A stretch of DNA of 64,000 nt from Sedimenticola sp. (GCA_027068795.1 JAMOMB010000189.1:4712-68711), one strand, 5' to 3'; positions 9,895-18,308 are shown, counted from the first letter of the stretch. Program-made: numbers and translations. The notes: generated by a model not told the origin, from the sequence alone.

Positions 9895-10339
9895 CATGAG
9901 AAATCGATTGGCCAGGCTTGATGGCCTGCGGGAATTGCATCGTGTGCGTATTCTGGTGTGCAAGATGCGCTATCTGGAAACAAAGCGGAAAAGAGATGAA
10001 GCTGCCCGCAGCCTGAATGAAAGAGAGGCCACCATTTGTCAATGCAAGGCGGAGCGAAGCAGCCTGTTTCAATACCTGCACCGGCAGGAAGTGATGGAAA
10101 CACCGCTTCGTGTGGAACGGGTGCATGATCGTCGTTTCTGGCTGGAATATGATTTGGAGAAAGAGGAATACTATCTGGAGATGGATCGCCAGGATCTCAA
10201 TGAGGCAGAGTCTCAGCTTTCGCAAGCGCGACAAGAGTGGTTACGGGCGCAGAAGCATCAGGATCTTGTAAAGCAGCAATGGATTGCCTTACAGCGGGAT
10301 GTGTCCCGTGATATCGAAGGCAGGGAAACAGGGGATTGA
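9887..10339 (+). CDS. sctO: T3SS stalk SctO (FliJ-like coiled coil)
   Basis: About 150 aa, highly charged helical protein directly after the ATPase. Confidence 0.65.
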   Translation: MPSMRNRLARLDGLRELHRVRILVCKMRYLETKRKRDEAARSLNEREATICQCKAERSSLFQYLHRQEVMETPLRVERVHDRRFWLEYDLEKEEYYLEMDRQDLNEAESQLSQARQEWLRAQKHQDLVKQQWIALQRDVSRDIEGRETGD

Positions 10340-11094
10340 ATCATGTGGATCGAATTGTGGAAGCTACCATCATGACCAAGACAGAGTTGATGACAAGAAT
10401 GCCGGCAACTGGAAGAGAATTGCCATATCGCTCTGTTGATCCCTTGGAGGCTACTGACCTCTTTGATCGAAGTCTTCGTCGATTGATGGAAGAGAAAGCG
10501 TTTCCACTAGAAGCAGAGCAGGGTGAAGCACCGCTGGCATTCAACCAAAGCGAAACAGCCACTAGGCCACCGCAACAGCTTGTACCCGGTGGAACTGCTG
10601 GGAAATCACCGGCCGGGAGTAGAGAAATGCCTGCATCATGCATGAATGCTTGCGGTTTCGACCAGCAATCTATACTGCCAAATGCTGGCGCCCCTGGAAG
10701 CAGGGAAAGAGAGGAGGCTGCTCCTTCTTCTTTGTCTGGCGCTTCTGCTGCGGGCGCCATGGCCGGAATGAATGCAGGTAGCCATATGCCAGCGGTTAGC
10801 AGTACGGTGGCGGCTTCCGGCTATCAGGATTTTTCCCATGTGCTGCGACAACAGGCAGGGGATGCAGAAACCGGCGGCACCAAAGAATGGCACTTCTCGT
10901 TTTTGGATTCCCGTATGCCTTTGAGTCAGCTCAACTTGACAGGTCTGCAGGGTGGTGGCTGGGCGTTGTCCCTAGCCTCCGGAAATCTTGATCGGGAAGC
11001 GCTGGTCCGGCGTCTAGATGAATTACAAGTCAAGCTGGCCAGACTCAACAAGAATATTGAAGGCGTGGAAATTGTTAGGGAGCGTTCCCGGTGA
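10336..11094 (+). CDS. Putative needle-length ruler (SctP/FliK-like)
   Basis: Low-complexity Pro/Ala/Ser middle region and compact C-terminal beta-beta-beta-alpha segment ending RRLDELQVKL; follows sctO. Confidence 0.5.
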   Translation: MNHVDRIVEATIMTKTELMTRMPATGRELPYRSVDPLEATDLFDRSLRRLMEEKAFPLEAEQGEAPLAFNQSETATRPPQQLVPGGTAGKSPAGSREMPASCMNACGFDQQSILPNAGAPGSREREEAAPSSLSGASAAGAMAGMNAGSHMPAVSSTVAASGYQDFSHVLRQQAGDAETGGTKEWHFSFLDSRMPLSQLNLTGLQGGGWALSLASGNLDREALVRRLDELQVKLARLNKNIEGVEIVRERSR

Positions 11095-11831
11095 CCGATG
11101 GTAGCCCCTATCCGGAGCCCTGGCTGCATTCCCGCAGGCTGCGGCTGCGCGAGTTTGTCTGGAACGACAGTTACAACTTGGTGCAGATGCACCGGGAACC
11201 CAGGGTGCGGGAGCTGCTGGTGGATGATGAGCCGCTGGACAGGATTGAAACAGCACTTGCCTTTATCCGTTTTGTACAGAATGTTTACGAAAAACACCCG
11301 GGTTTGGGCATCTGGGTGGCCGAGCAAATGCGAGCAGCTTTGAGCGACAAAGACCTGCAGCGCCCTGATGTACGTGAGGCGCTGTCTGACGAAGCCCTGA
11401 GAAGAGCGGCGGTTTTGCGCCCCAGATTTTCCGGCTGGTTCAATCTGATGCCCATGAGCAATCAGCCACGGGAGGTGGAACTTGGCAGCCGCCTCAAGCC
11501 TGAAGTATGGGGCTCGGGGATTGCCATGGAAGGCGGTGAAATGCTGCTAAATCATGCTTTCGAGACGCTGGAGCGGGAACGGGTCTATGCAGTGAGCCAT
11601 GTTGATCACCGTTCGGCTCGTTTTGTGGTTGCCGCCCTGGGTTTTTCTGAACTGGGCATCCGGGACTATTGTGGCATGCCGGCACTCCACTATTGTCTGG
11701 AGAAAGAGCACTGGTTTTCCTGGCGCAGTTTGTCTCGCAGGGAACGTATGCGGCATGCTTTCACCAGGTATAAATCCGCAGATTCAACTCGATTAACGAA
11801 AAGGCTGCATGCACGGGGGGGCAAGCTGTGA
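11091..11831 (+). CDS. GNAT N-acetyltransferase, RimJ/RimL type
   Basis: SRRLRLREF N-terminus; VELGSRLKPEVWGSGIAMEG acetyl-CoA motif; HAFETL...SARFVVAALGF. Confidence 0.85.
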   Translation: MTDGSPYPEPWLHSRRLRLREFVWNDSYNLVQMHREPRVRELLVDDEPLDRIETALAFIRFVQNVYEKHPGLGIWVAEQMRAALSDKDLQRPDVREALSDEALRRAAVLRPRFSGWFNLMPMSNQPREVELGSRLKPEVWGSGIAMEGGEMLLNHAFETLERERVYAVSHVDHRSARFVVAALGFSELGIRDYCGMPALHYCLEKEHWFSWRSLSRRERMRHAFTRYKSADSTRLTKRLHARGGKL

Positions 11832-12676
11832 CTGCCGTGGCTGGCATACCTATGTTGGTGATGACGCATCTGTCTCATGGGCATGATGAGCGAATGAGTC
11901 AGTTATTGCAAAGCAATCAACTTGCCGGTATGGATGGACGGCGGGTACAGGGTGAAAGTGTGCAGCCTGTTTCCACCTTGGGAGCCAGTGCATTACATGC
12001 AACCCAGATTGCTGGAAGTAGCCTGGCAGGCGTGACCCCTGGCTTGCATAGGCTGCCAATGGAGCAGGGGTCTTTGCAGGCGGCTTCTGTGCGTTCTGGA
12101 ACCGGATTATTCGATGAAACTTCCAGACGCCTGTCAGAACGGCGGCGACAAGACAAGGAAGCGGGCGCTGATACAGGTTCTGGCCAGGAACAGAAAATGA
12201 TATCCCGGATGGAGTTTGAGGCCTGCCGAACCATCATCCAGGTGGCGCTGATGATTCAGCGGCAAGGGATGTTCAGTAACTTTCTGATCGTCAATCTTTA
12301 CCAGGACAAGCAGCATACTTGTGCATCTGCGAGTGAAGATCTTCGGCAAATGGTTGTGGTGGCTGGTCTGGATGAACCGGGGCGACAGGTTCCGGTGCAT
12401 GCGACCTTGGTTTGGCTGGATGTATCTGGCAAGCCACTTGCGCGCAGGCTGCCCGGCCAGTTGGTGTGGGGACGGTGCAATTTTGCTGCGGACTGGGTGG
12501 CTATGCATCTGGAGCAGGAAGCAGAAACAGGCATCTGGCGACTGCATGGCCAAGGGTTTCGGGATCGGCTGGCTGGTGTTGCGCTGGCAACGGGTGATAT
12601 CCCTGCTTTTGCTGGAAGCTGGGCCGATGTGAGCCTGCATATGCCTGGCGCAGCCCGCTACTGGGTGGGTTTGTGA
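11828..12676 (+). CDS. Hypothetical protein within the T3SS operon
   Basis: 282-aa ORF with GTGA overlaps on both sides; disordered-looking N-half, Trp-rich C-half. Confidence 0.65.
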   Translation: MTAVAGIPMLVMTHLSHGHDERMSQLLQSNQLAGMDGRRVQGESVQPVSTLGASALHATQIAGSSLAGVTPGLHRLPMEQGSLQAASVRSGTGLFDETSRRLSERRRQDKEAGADTGSGQEQKMISRMEFEACRTIIQVALMIQRQGMFSNFLIVNLYQDKQHTCASASEDLRQMVVVAGLDEPGRQVPVHATLVWLDVSGKPLARRLPGQLVWGRCNFAADWVAMHLEQEAETGIWRLHGQGFRDRLAGVALATGDIPAFAGSWADVSLHMPGAARYWVGL

Positions 12677-13785
12677 TGCCATTGGTTTCCTTGCCATCTT
12701 CCGGGAGTGGTGAAAACGTCTCGTTACAACAGATCGGAGCTGCATTGGCAGCTTTCGGTGAGCACCTGGTTATCCTGGACGCTGCCAGTGAAGAAATGAT
12801 CTGGTGCTCCCAGGGGTTTATAGAGAGTTTTCCGGCTTTGGGGAGGCAATCGACTCTGGCGGATTTTATTGCTGTCTTTGATGGATTGCAGCAGTGCCGT
12901 GTTTGTATTGAAACAGGGCAGAAGCAGATGCACACCGTCAGTGTTCGCCAGCAACAGGGTGGCGAAGGTCGTTTTGAGGCCACTATGGTTCTCCTGGAAA
13001 AAGAATTTCTTGCACTGAAGCTGGAAGATATATCCAGGCGTACTAGTGCAATACAGCGATATCTGGAGGATCGTGAACAACTTTTTTCTACTTCCAGAAC
13101 CATATCGGTCAGCGAAATGGCCACTACTCTGGCCCATGAGATCAATCAGCCCATAGGTACGGTTACCAGTTTGCTATGTGGTATTCGCTTGCGGCTTGAA
13201 AATGGAGAAAATGCCCAGCCGGAAATCGTCGCAGCCATTGACCAGGCAGTTGACCAAACACGCTTCGCTGCCAATATCATCGCCAGGATACGGGACTATA
13301 CGCACTCCCGCAAACCCGTCAATCAGACTCTGGAATTGGTGGAACTCGTTTGTTCCTGCGCTTCGTTGCTGGACTGGGAACTCGTTAGGGAAAATATCGA
13401 TTTGCAACTGGATCTGGGGAATGATTTGCTGATGGTTTCGGCCGATGAAACCATGTTGCAGCAAGTGTTCGTCAATCTCTTGCGCAATGCAATTGAGGCA
13501 ATGCGTGGGACTGACCCTGCCTCCCGTCAGCTTCGTATTGTCTTGCGCAAGAATGATGCAGAGGAGGAAGTAGAAATCGCCATTGCAGATAACGGTGTCG
13601 GCCTGACAGCTGATGCAAAAAACCAACTTTTTGTCCCCTTCGTCTCAAGTAAGCCTACAGGCATGGGAGTGGGTTTGAATATCTGCCGATCATTCGTTGA
13701 GCTCCATCAGGGAAGACTCTGGCTCTCTTCAAATGAGGCGGGGGGCTGTACCTCACATGTGTTGCTGCCCCTGCTTGGAAATTAG
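12673..13785 (+). CDS. Soluble sensor histidine kinase (FixL-like transmitter; possible degenerate PAS)
   Basis: H-box EMATTLAHEINQP, N-box QVFVNLLRNAIEAM, DNGVG, FVPFVSSK, GMGVGL; no TM segment. Confidence 0.93.
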   Translation: MMPLVSLPSSGSGENVSLQQIGAALAAFGEHLVILDAASEEMIWCSQGFIESFPALGRQSTLADFIAVFDGLQQCRVCIETGQKQMHTVSVRQQQGGEGRFEATMVLLEKEFLALKLEDISRRTSAIQRYLEDREQLFSTSRTISVSEMATTLAHEINQPIGTVTSLLCGIRLRLENGENAQPEIVAAIDQAVDQTRFAANIIARIRDYTHSRKPVNQTLELVELVCSCASLLDWELVRENIDLQLDLGNDLLMVSADETMLQQVFVNLLRNAIEAMRGTDPASRQLRIVLRKNDAEEEVEIAIADNGVGLTADAKNQLFVPFVSSKPTGMGVGLNICRSFVELHQGRLWLSSNEAGGCTSHVLLPLLGN

Positions 13786-13796
13786 GAGGAAGCATA

Positions 13797-14414
13797 ATGC
13801 AGAGAACTGTTTATCTGATCGATGACAATGCGGATTTCCGGCAATCTACCGCTTGGTGGCTGGAAGGTGCCGGCTATGTGGTGCAAAGCTTTGGGAAACC
13901 CTCTCAGGCAATGCGATATCTCACCAGCAATGCAGTAGCAGAGCATAGTTGCCTGTTGTTAGATGTGCGTATGCCGGAGATGTCGGGGCTGGATCTGCAT
14001 GATCAACTGAATCGCTCCGGATTGCGTCTTCCGGTGATCTACATGACCGGGCATGGAGATGTACCCCTCGCAGTGGAGGCGATGAGCAAAGGAGCCTTGA
14101 CTTTTCTGGAAAAACCTCTGGAAGATGAGGCGCTTATGTCAGCTCTGGAGGCGGCTTTTGTGGTGGATGCAAACCAGCATGCCGAGGACAGGGAAGGTGA
14201 GGCTTGTTATCTGGAGCGATTTGCGCTTCTGACGCCCAGAGAACGTGAGGTGTTGCAGGGCATTGTGGACGGGAAACTCAATAAGATCATTGCTTATGAT
14301 CTTGGCATCAGTGTAAAGACTGTGGAATTACACCGTTCCCGGGTAATGAAAAAAATGCAGGCGGGATGCCCCGCAGCGTTGGTGAGAATGGTGCTTACCC
14401 GGCGAGTAGCCTGA
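13797..14414 (+). CDS. FixJ/TtrR-type response regulator (REC + LuxR HTH)
   Basis: IDDN, LLLDVRMPEMSG, TGHGD, FLEKP; LTPREREVL...NKIIAYDLGISVKTVELHR; RBS AGGAG. Confidence 0.94.
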   Translation: MQRTVYLIDDNADFRQSTAWWLEGAGYVVQSFGKPSQAMRYLTSNAVAEHSCLLLDVRMPEMSGLDLHDQLNRSGLRLPVIYMTGHGDVPLAVEAMSKGALTFLEKPLEDEALMSALEAAFVVDANQHAEDREGEACYLERFALLTPREREVLQGIVDGKLNKIIAYDLGISVKTVELHRSRVMKKMQAGCPAALVRMVLTRRVA

Positions 14415-14438
14415 CATGCATTTTTATGGAAATAGCTT

Positions 14439-15362
14439 ATGACAACAGATGCCTTACGCCAGGTAATGGATAGCTCGTCTGAGGCAAGAGGTAAATGGCA
14501 GGCGAATGCCGCGGCCTTGGGAATATCAGCCACTGTAGAAGATGCCGGCTTTCTGCATTGGTATCGAGCCAAGACGCCGCTGGGGAAGATTTTTGTCGCC
14601 CTTTATCCATCGAAACGACTTTCTTCCGCAGTACGAACATTGGCTAGGAACGAGCATTTACTGGATGCGGCTGTTTCCCTTGGGCGAGAAGAGGAACTGC
14701 TGGAAATGATTGAGGAATGGATAAATTGTCCTCTAGATTTGGAGCCTGTCACAACACCTTCCAAGATCCCCGCCCATGTCGTTATTGCACCGCAGGATAG
14801 TAATGTTGATGGTGGAGAACGTGGTGTGTTGTTGGTGCTTTCTCCTGCTCTGTTGCATTGTTTGTCTCCCCCATCTGCAGCGTTGGAGGCATCCTGTACA
14901 TTGTTTTGGGGAACATTGGAATGCATGTTGATACTGGATCATTTTTCTGTCCCCAAGCAGCAGTTGCTTGCATTGGAAGCCGGTAGCATTGTGCTGATGC
15001 CAGCTTCTTTCGAAGCCCGCTGGCGCTGTACCGCCAAGCCTTGCATGGAATCCGCACCGGAATGGCCTCTATTTTTGGATATGGGCGAAACCTGTCTCAA
15101 GTTTTTTTCCGCAACAGAAGAAGCTAGGGTGGTAGATAAAACCAATATGCTGGAAATACGTTGCCTGGAACCCTGCGCTATTCCTGTAAACCAGCTGTTG
15201 GGCTGGTCGGATATGCCACGTTTTATGCTGTCGCAATCAATTTCCAGCAGTGTTATTGAGGTGAAGGGGGAAGGCAGAATTGCCCAGGGCAGTTTGTTGC
15301 CAGTTGCCCGTGGGTATGGTGTCTACATTGAAAAAATTGAAGGCACAGCGCAATGGACCTGA
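14439..15362 (+). CDS. sctQ: Divergent T3SS sorting platform protein SctQ
   Basis: Precedes sctR; SpoA-like segments LLALEAGSIVL and RIAQGSLLPVARGYGVYIEKI. Confidence 0.6.
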   Translation: MTTDALRQVMDSSSEARGKWQANAAALGISATVEDAGFLHWYRAKTPLGKIFVALYPSKRLSSAVRTLARNEHLLDAAVSLGREEELLEMIEEWINCPLDLEPVTTPSKIPAHVVIAPQDSNVDGGERGVLLVLSPALLHCLSPPSAALEASCTLFWGTLECMLILDHFSVPKQQLLALEAGSIVLMPASFEARWRCTAKPCMESAPEWPLFLDMGETCLKFFSATEEARVVDKTNMLEIRCLEPCAIPVNQLLGWSDMPRFMLSQSISSSVIEVKGEGRIAQGSLLPVARGYGVYIEKIEGTAQWT

Positions 15363-16006
15363 CCCAGTTTTCCCCATCTTCAGCTCTAATAACCGTCATA
15401 CTGTTGGCATTGGCTCCATTTGTGGCGGTAATGGTCACCTCCTTTACCAAGATTGTGGTGGTGCTCAGTCTGTTGCGAAATGCGCTGGGCCTGCAGCAGG
15501 TTCCTCCAAACTTGGTGATCAACGGGCTGGCGCTGGTGCTTTCCATATATGTTATGTACCCAGTGGGGCAGGAAATGCTTGACCGTACTGCCGGGATGGA
15601 AGACATTGGCAAGGATGCCAATACCATGCTGGAAGCAGCAAACAATGCCAAAGAGCCGTTGAGAGAGTTCCTAGTGGATCATGTATCGCCACGGGAACAG
15701 GGCTTTTTCCTCAAAACCATACGCAAGATGCTGCCAGAGGACAAATCGGCGGAAGTGGGGTCCGAAGACTTTGTGGTGCTTGTGCCCGCTTTTACCATCA
15801 GCGAGCTGACGGCAGCTTTCGAAATAGGGTTTCTGATTTTTTTGCCATTTATTGTTATTGATTTGGTGATTGCCAATATTCTTATGGCCATGGGTATGAT
15901 GATGTTGTCCCCAACCGTCATTTCGTTGCCGTTCAAGCTACTGTTATTTGTACTTGTCGATGGTTGGGTAAAATTGACCCATGGGTTGGTACTTTCCTAT
16001 TTGTGA
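15353..16006 (+). CDS. sctR: T3SS export apparatus SctR
   Basis: VMVTSFTKIVVVLSLLRNALGLQQVPPN; MGMMMLSP M-gasket; PFKLLLFVLVDGW. Confidence 0.97.
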   Translation: MDLTQFSPSSALITVILLALAPFVAVMVTSFTKIVVVLSLLRNALGLQQVPPNLVINGLALVLSIYVMYPVGQEMLDRTAGMEDIGKDANTMLEAANNAKEPLREFLVDHVSPREQGFFLKTIRKMLPEDKSAEVGSEDFVVLVPAFTISELTAAFEIGFLIFLPFIVIDLVIANILMAMGMMMLSPTVISLPFKLLLFVLVDGWVKLTHGLVLSYL

Positions 16007-16016
16007 GAGATTGCGC

Positions 16017-16289
16017 ATGTATGATTCTGAAGTTATTCAGCTTACCCAGCAGGCATTGTGGCTAATACTGGTTCTCGCCGGACCGCCAGTGGTGGCCGCA
16101 GCCCTGGTGGGCTTGCTCATTGCATTCATCCAGGCAGCAACACAGCTTCAAGAGCAAACCTTTCAGTATGCGGCAAAATTCTTTGCTATCGTGTTTACCA
16201 TCTTTATTACCTCCTCACTATTGGGCAGTTCGATCTACAATTTCGCAAATCGCCTATTGAGTGATTTTCCGACCTTGGTGCATCATTAG
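16017..16289 (+). CDS. sctS: T3SS export apparatus SctS
   Basis: VGLLIAFIQAATQLQEQTF FliQ/YscS motif; 90 aa. Confidence 0.95.
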   Translation: MYDSEVIQLTQQALWLILVLAGPPVVAAALVGLLIAFIQAATQLQEQTFQYAAKFFAIVFTIFITSSLLGSSIYNFANRLLSDFPTLVHH

Positions 16290-16316
16290 GCCTATTTTAC
16301 CGTGATGTTTAAAAAA

Positions 16317-16379
16317 CAAGATGTTTTTGTTACGTTGTATGTATTTTGCATCAAGTGCAATGTAACGGCAGGCATCTTG
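16317..16379 (+). other. Long intercistronic RNA hairpin between sctS and sctT
   Basis: 16317-16339 pairs with 16356-16379: 23 bp (17 Watson-Crick, 6 G-U) with a single-nucleotide bulge. Confidence 0.7.
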
Positions 16380-16407
16380 CTGGGGGCGGTTCTTGTCTGT
16401 TGTTAGC

Positions 16408-17211
16408 ATGGGATCGCTCCAGGCGGGCGATATTTTTTCCCTGTTTTCCAACCAAGCCGTAACAGTAGCATTGGCCACTACACGTATCGCCGTTGCCTTT
16501 CAGATTTTGCCTATTTTTTCCAATGAATTGGTGCCCGCGTTGGTACGAAATGCAATCTTTGTGGCTTTGGCGTTGGTCACGATGATAGTACACCCTGTGT
16601 TGACAATTGATAGCCTGGGCGCGCAGGGCTGGCTACTGCTTTTTGCCAAGGAAATATTGATCGGCATTGCCATTGGTGTGTATTTTGGTATTTTTCTTTG
16701 GGCATTTGAAGCGGCAGGAATGGTGGCTGACACACAAATTGGTACTTCCGTAGCACAAGTGCTAGATCCCCTTTCCGGACACCAGACATCCTTGCTTGGA
16801 CTCTTTCTCGGGCGGCTAGCCAATTACATATTCATGATTGCAGGTGGATTGATGTTGCTTACCGGGGTGACCATGGAAACCTATCAGATTTGGCCAATAC
16901 ACCAAGTGTTGCCGGATTTTTCCCGGGCGGGTGTGGTCTTGTTCGAGTCTGAGTTTTCCTACTTTTTTCAACTATTGGTGCTGATTGCTTCACCGATTGT
17001 GGTGGTGGTGTTCTTGATTGATGTGGTGATGGGATTGGTCAATCGCTATGCGCAGCAATTCAATGTGTTTTTTATTTCCATGTCATTGAAAATGCTGGCT
17101 GCGATTGCAGTATTGATGCTTACCATGGGGTCACTCATTGATTTGCTGATCTCAGAGCTGCACGGGCACTCCGGCGCCTTACTGGATAGATTGCGCAGTT
17201 TGCTGGGCTGA
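16408..17211 (+). CDS. sctT: T3SS export apparatus SctT
   Basis: LFAKEILIGIAIG, AGMVADTQIG, GLVNRYAQQFNVFFISMSLK. Confidence 0.95.
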   Translation: MGSLQAGDIFSLFSNQAVTVALATTRIAVAFQILPIFSNELVPALVRNAIFVALALVTMIVHPVLTIDSLGAQGWLLLFAKEILIGIAIGVYFGIFLWAFEAAGMVADTQIGTSVAQVLDPLSGHQTSLLGLFLGRLANYIFMIAGGLMLLTGVTMETYQIWPIHQVLPDFSRAGVVLFESEFSYFFQLLVLIASPIVVVVFLIDVVMGLVNRYAQQFNVFFISMSLKMLAAIAVLMLTMGSLIDLLISELHGHSGALLDRLRSLLG

Positions 17212-17236
17212 GGTACAGCAGGGAAAGCACGAACTT

Positions 17237-17893
17237 TCAGCGTCGGGAAAATGAAGGTTGCAGGTTGGCTAGGCGAGATAGGCCATCATCCTGCAGGGCA
17301 TTGAGGTAGCTGTTGATAACTGTTTCGGTAGATGCATTTTTTTCCCATGTTGTCACCAGCGCTTCCATCGCCAGCCGGGTGCGTCTGGAAAGAGAGCCGC
17401 TCAGGGGGTCCTGAATATCAGCAAGCAATTTAATGCAGTAAAGGGATCTGGCTTCTTCATTGGTGGCGATCAGGTTCAGGATGCAGGAAGCCGCCTTTTG
17501 GAAGGAGGATTGGGTCAACGGGCTTCTTCCCGTGGGCTGAGCATACCAGGAGCAGAGGTATTCAAGTGGCCCAAGGCTCCGAGTCTGGCCAAAAGCACTG
17601 TTGCTACTGAGGGTGCCTGCGCCCCAGGCTGAAAGTTTTCCTGACGGTAGTCTGCCAGATACCAGGGCATGAACAAGTGTTCCGGTTATGAGTTGTTTGG
17701 CACGTTCATCGCCATTGTCGCCAATTTGACAGAGAATCTGTAAAAAAGCCGGGTACAGATTATCTCCAAGGTGTTTGCAAACCCGCTCCATCAAACGGAT
17801 CCTTTCTTCTGAAGAGGGCAGTGCAGAGCAGCCGCTCACCAGCGTTTGGGCGGCAGCATGCCAATCGGGCTGTTGCTTCAGCATCAGAGCCAT
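17237..17893 (-). CDS. Hypothetical helical protein, T3SS-linked
   Basis: 218-aa ORF converging on sctT; protein-like composition; no family recognised. Confidence 0.7.
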   Translation of the reverse strand: MALMLKQQPDWHAAAQTLVSGCSALPSSEERIRLMERVCKHLGDNLYPAFLQILCQIGDNGDERAKQLITGTLVHALVSGRLPSGKLSAWGAGTLSSNSAFGQTRSLGPLEYLCSWYAQPTGRSPLTQSSFQKAASCILNLIATNEEARSLYCIKLLADIQDPLSGSLSRRTRLAMEALVTTWEKNASTETVINSYLNALQDDGLSRLANLQPSFSRR

Positions 17894-17922
17894 GAATTCT
17901 CTTTGTCAGCATGTAAAGCTGT

Positions 17923-18147
17923 TCAGTTTCCCGGTAAATCGCAAATATGGGATACAACTTGCTGGGCGATTTGATCCACTGGGGTGCCAGCATCAAAACC
18001 AGGCGTCGCGGTTACCATATGGCTGCCGCCGGCGAGTACAGGAGAAAACCATTCCGCAGCATCAAATTCTGTGGGTTGCTCCGCGCTTGCATTATTCAGT
18101 GCGGAGTTGTTCAGTGACGAAGATCCAATACCGTTAATGGGATTCAT
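17923..18147 (-). CDS. Small hypothetical protein, candidate T3SS substrate
   Basis: RBS GGAGA; Ser/Asn-rich N-terminus MNPINGIGSSSLNNSALNNAS. Confidence 0.65.
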   Translation of the reverse strand: MNPINGIGSSSLNNSALNNASAEQPTEFDAAEWFSPVLAGGSHMVTATPGFDAGTPVDQIAQQVVSHICDLPGN

Positions 18148-18175
18148 GCAGATTTCTCCAGTTTGGTTTGCATGA

Positions 18176-18226
18176 ATTATAGGATGGGTGTAGCCGGTTT
18201 TCTATAAGGGATACTATGTACATAGT
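18176..18226 (-). promoter_or_regulatory. Sigma70-type promoter with upstream perfect palindrome
   Basis: Minus strand TAGAAA (18204-18199), 17 nt, TATAAT (18181-18176); palindrome ACTATGTACATAGT at 18213-18226. Confidence 0.55.
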
Positions 18227-18308
18227 GTGGAACCGATTTGGCTGCCACAATGCGTATGTTGGTAGAACCGCTTGTTGGGACGGGGTTGTCAGTTTCCGTG
18301 ATCAGGAA

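Noticed and set aside
601-17211. Flagellar export cluster
   Set aside because: Secretin, SctD and SctJ lipoprotein are present; no rod, hook, flagellin or motor genes
18229-18250. hrp-box-like GGAACC…CCAC
   Set aside because: Spacer is 10 nt rather than 15-16, and it points away from the adjacent operon
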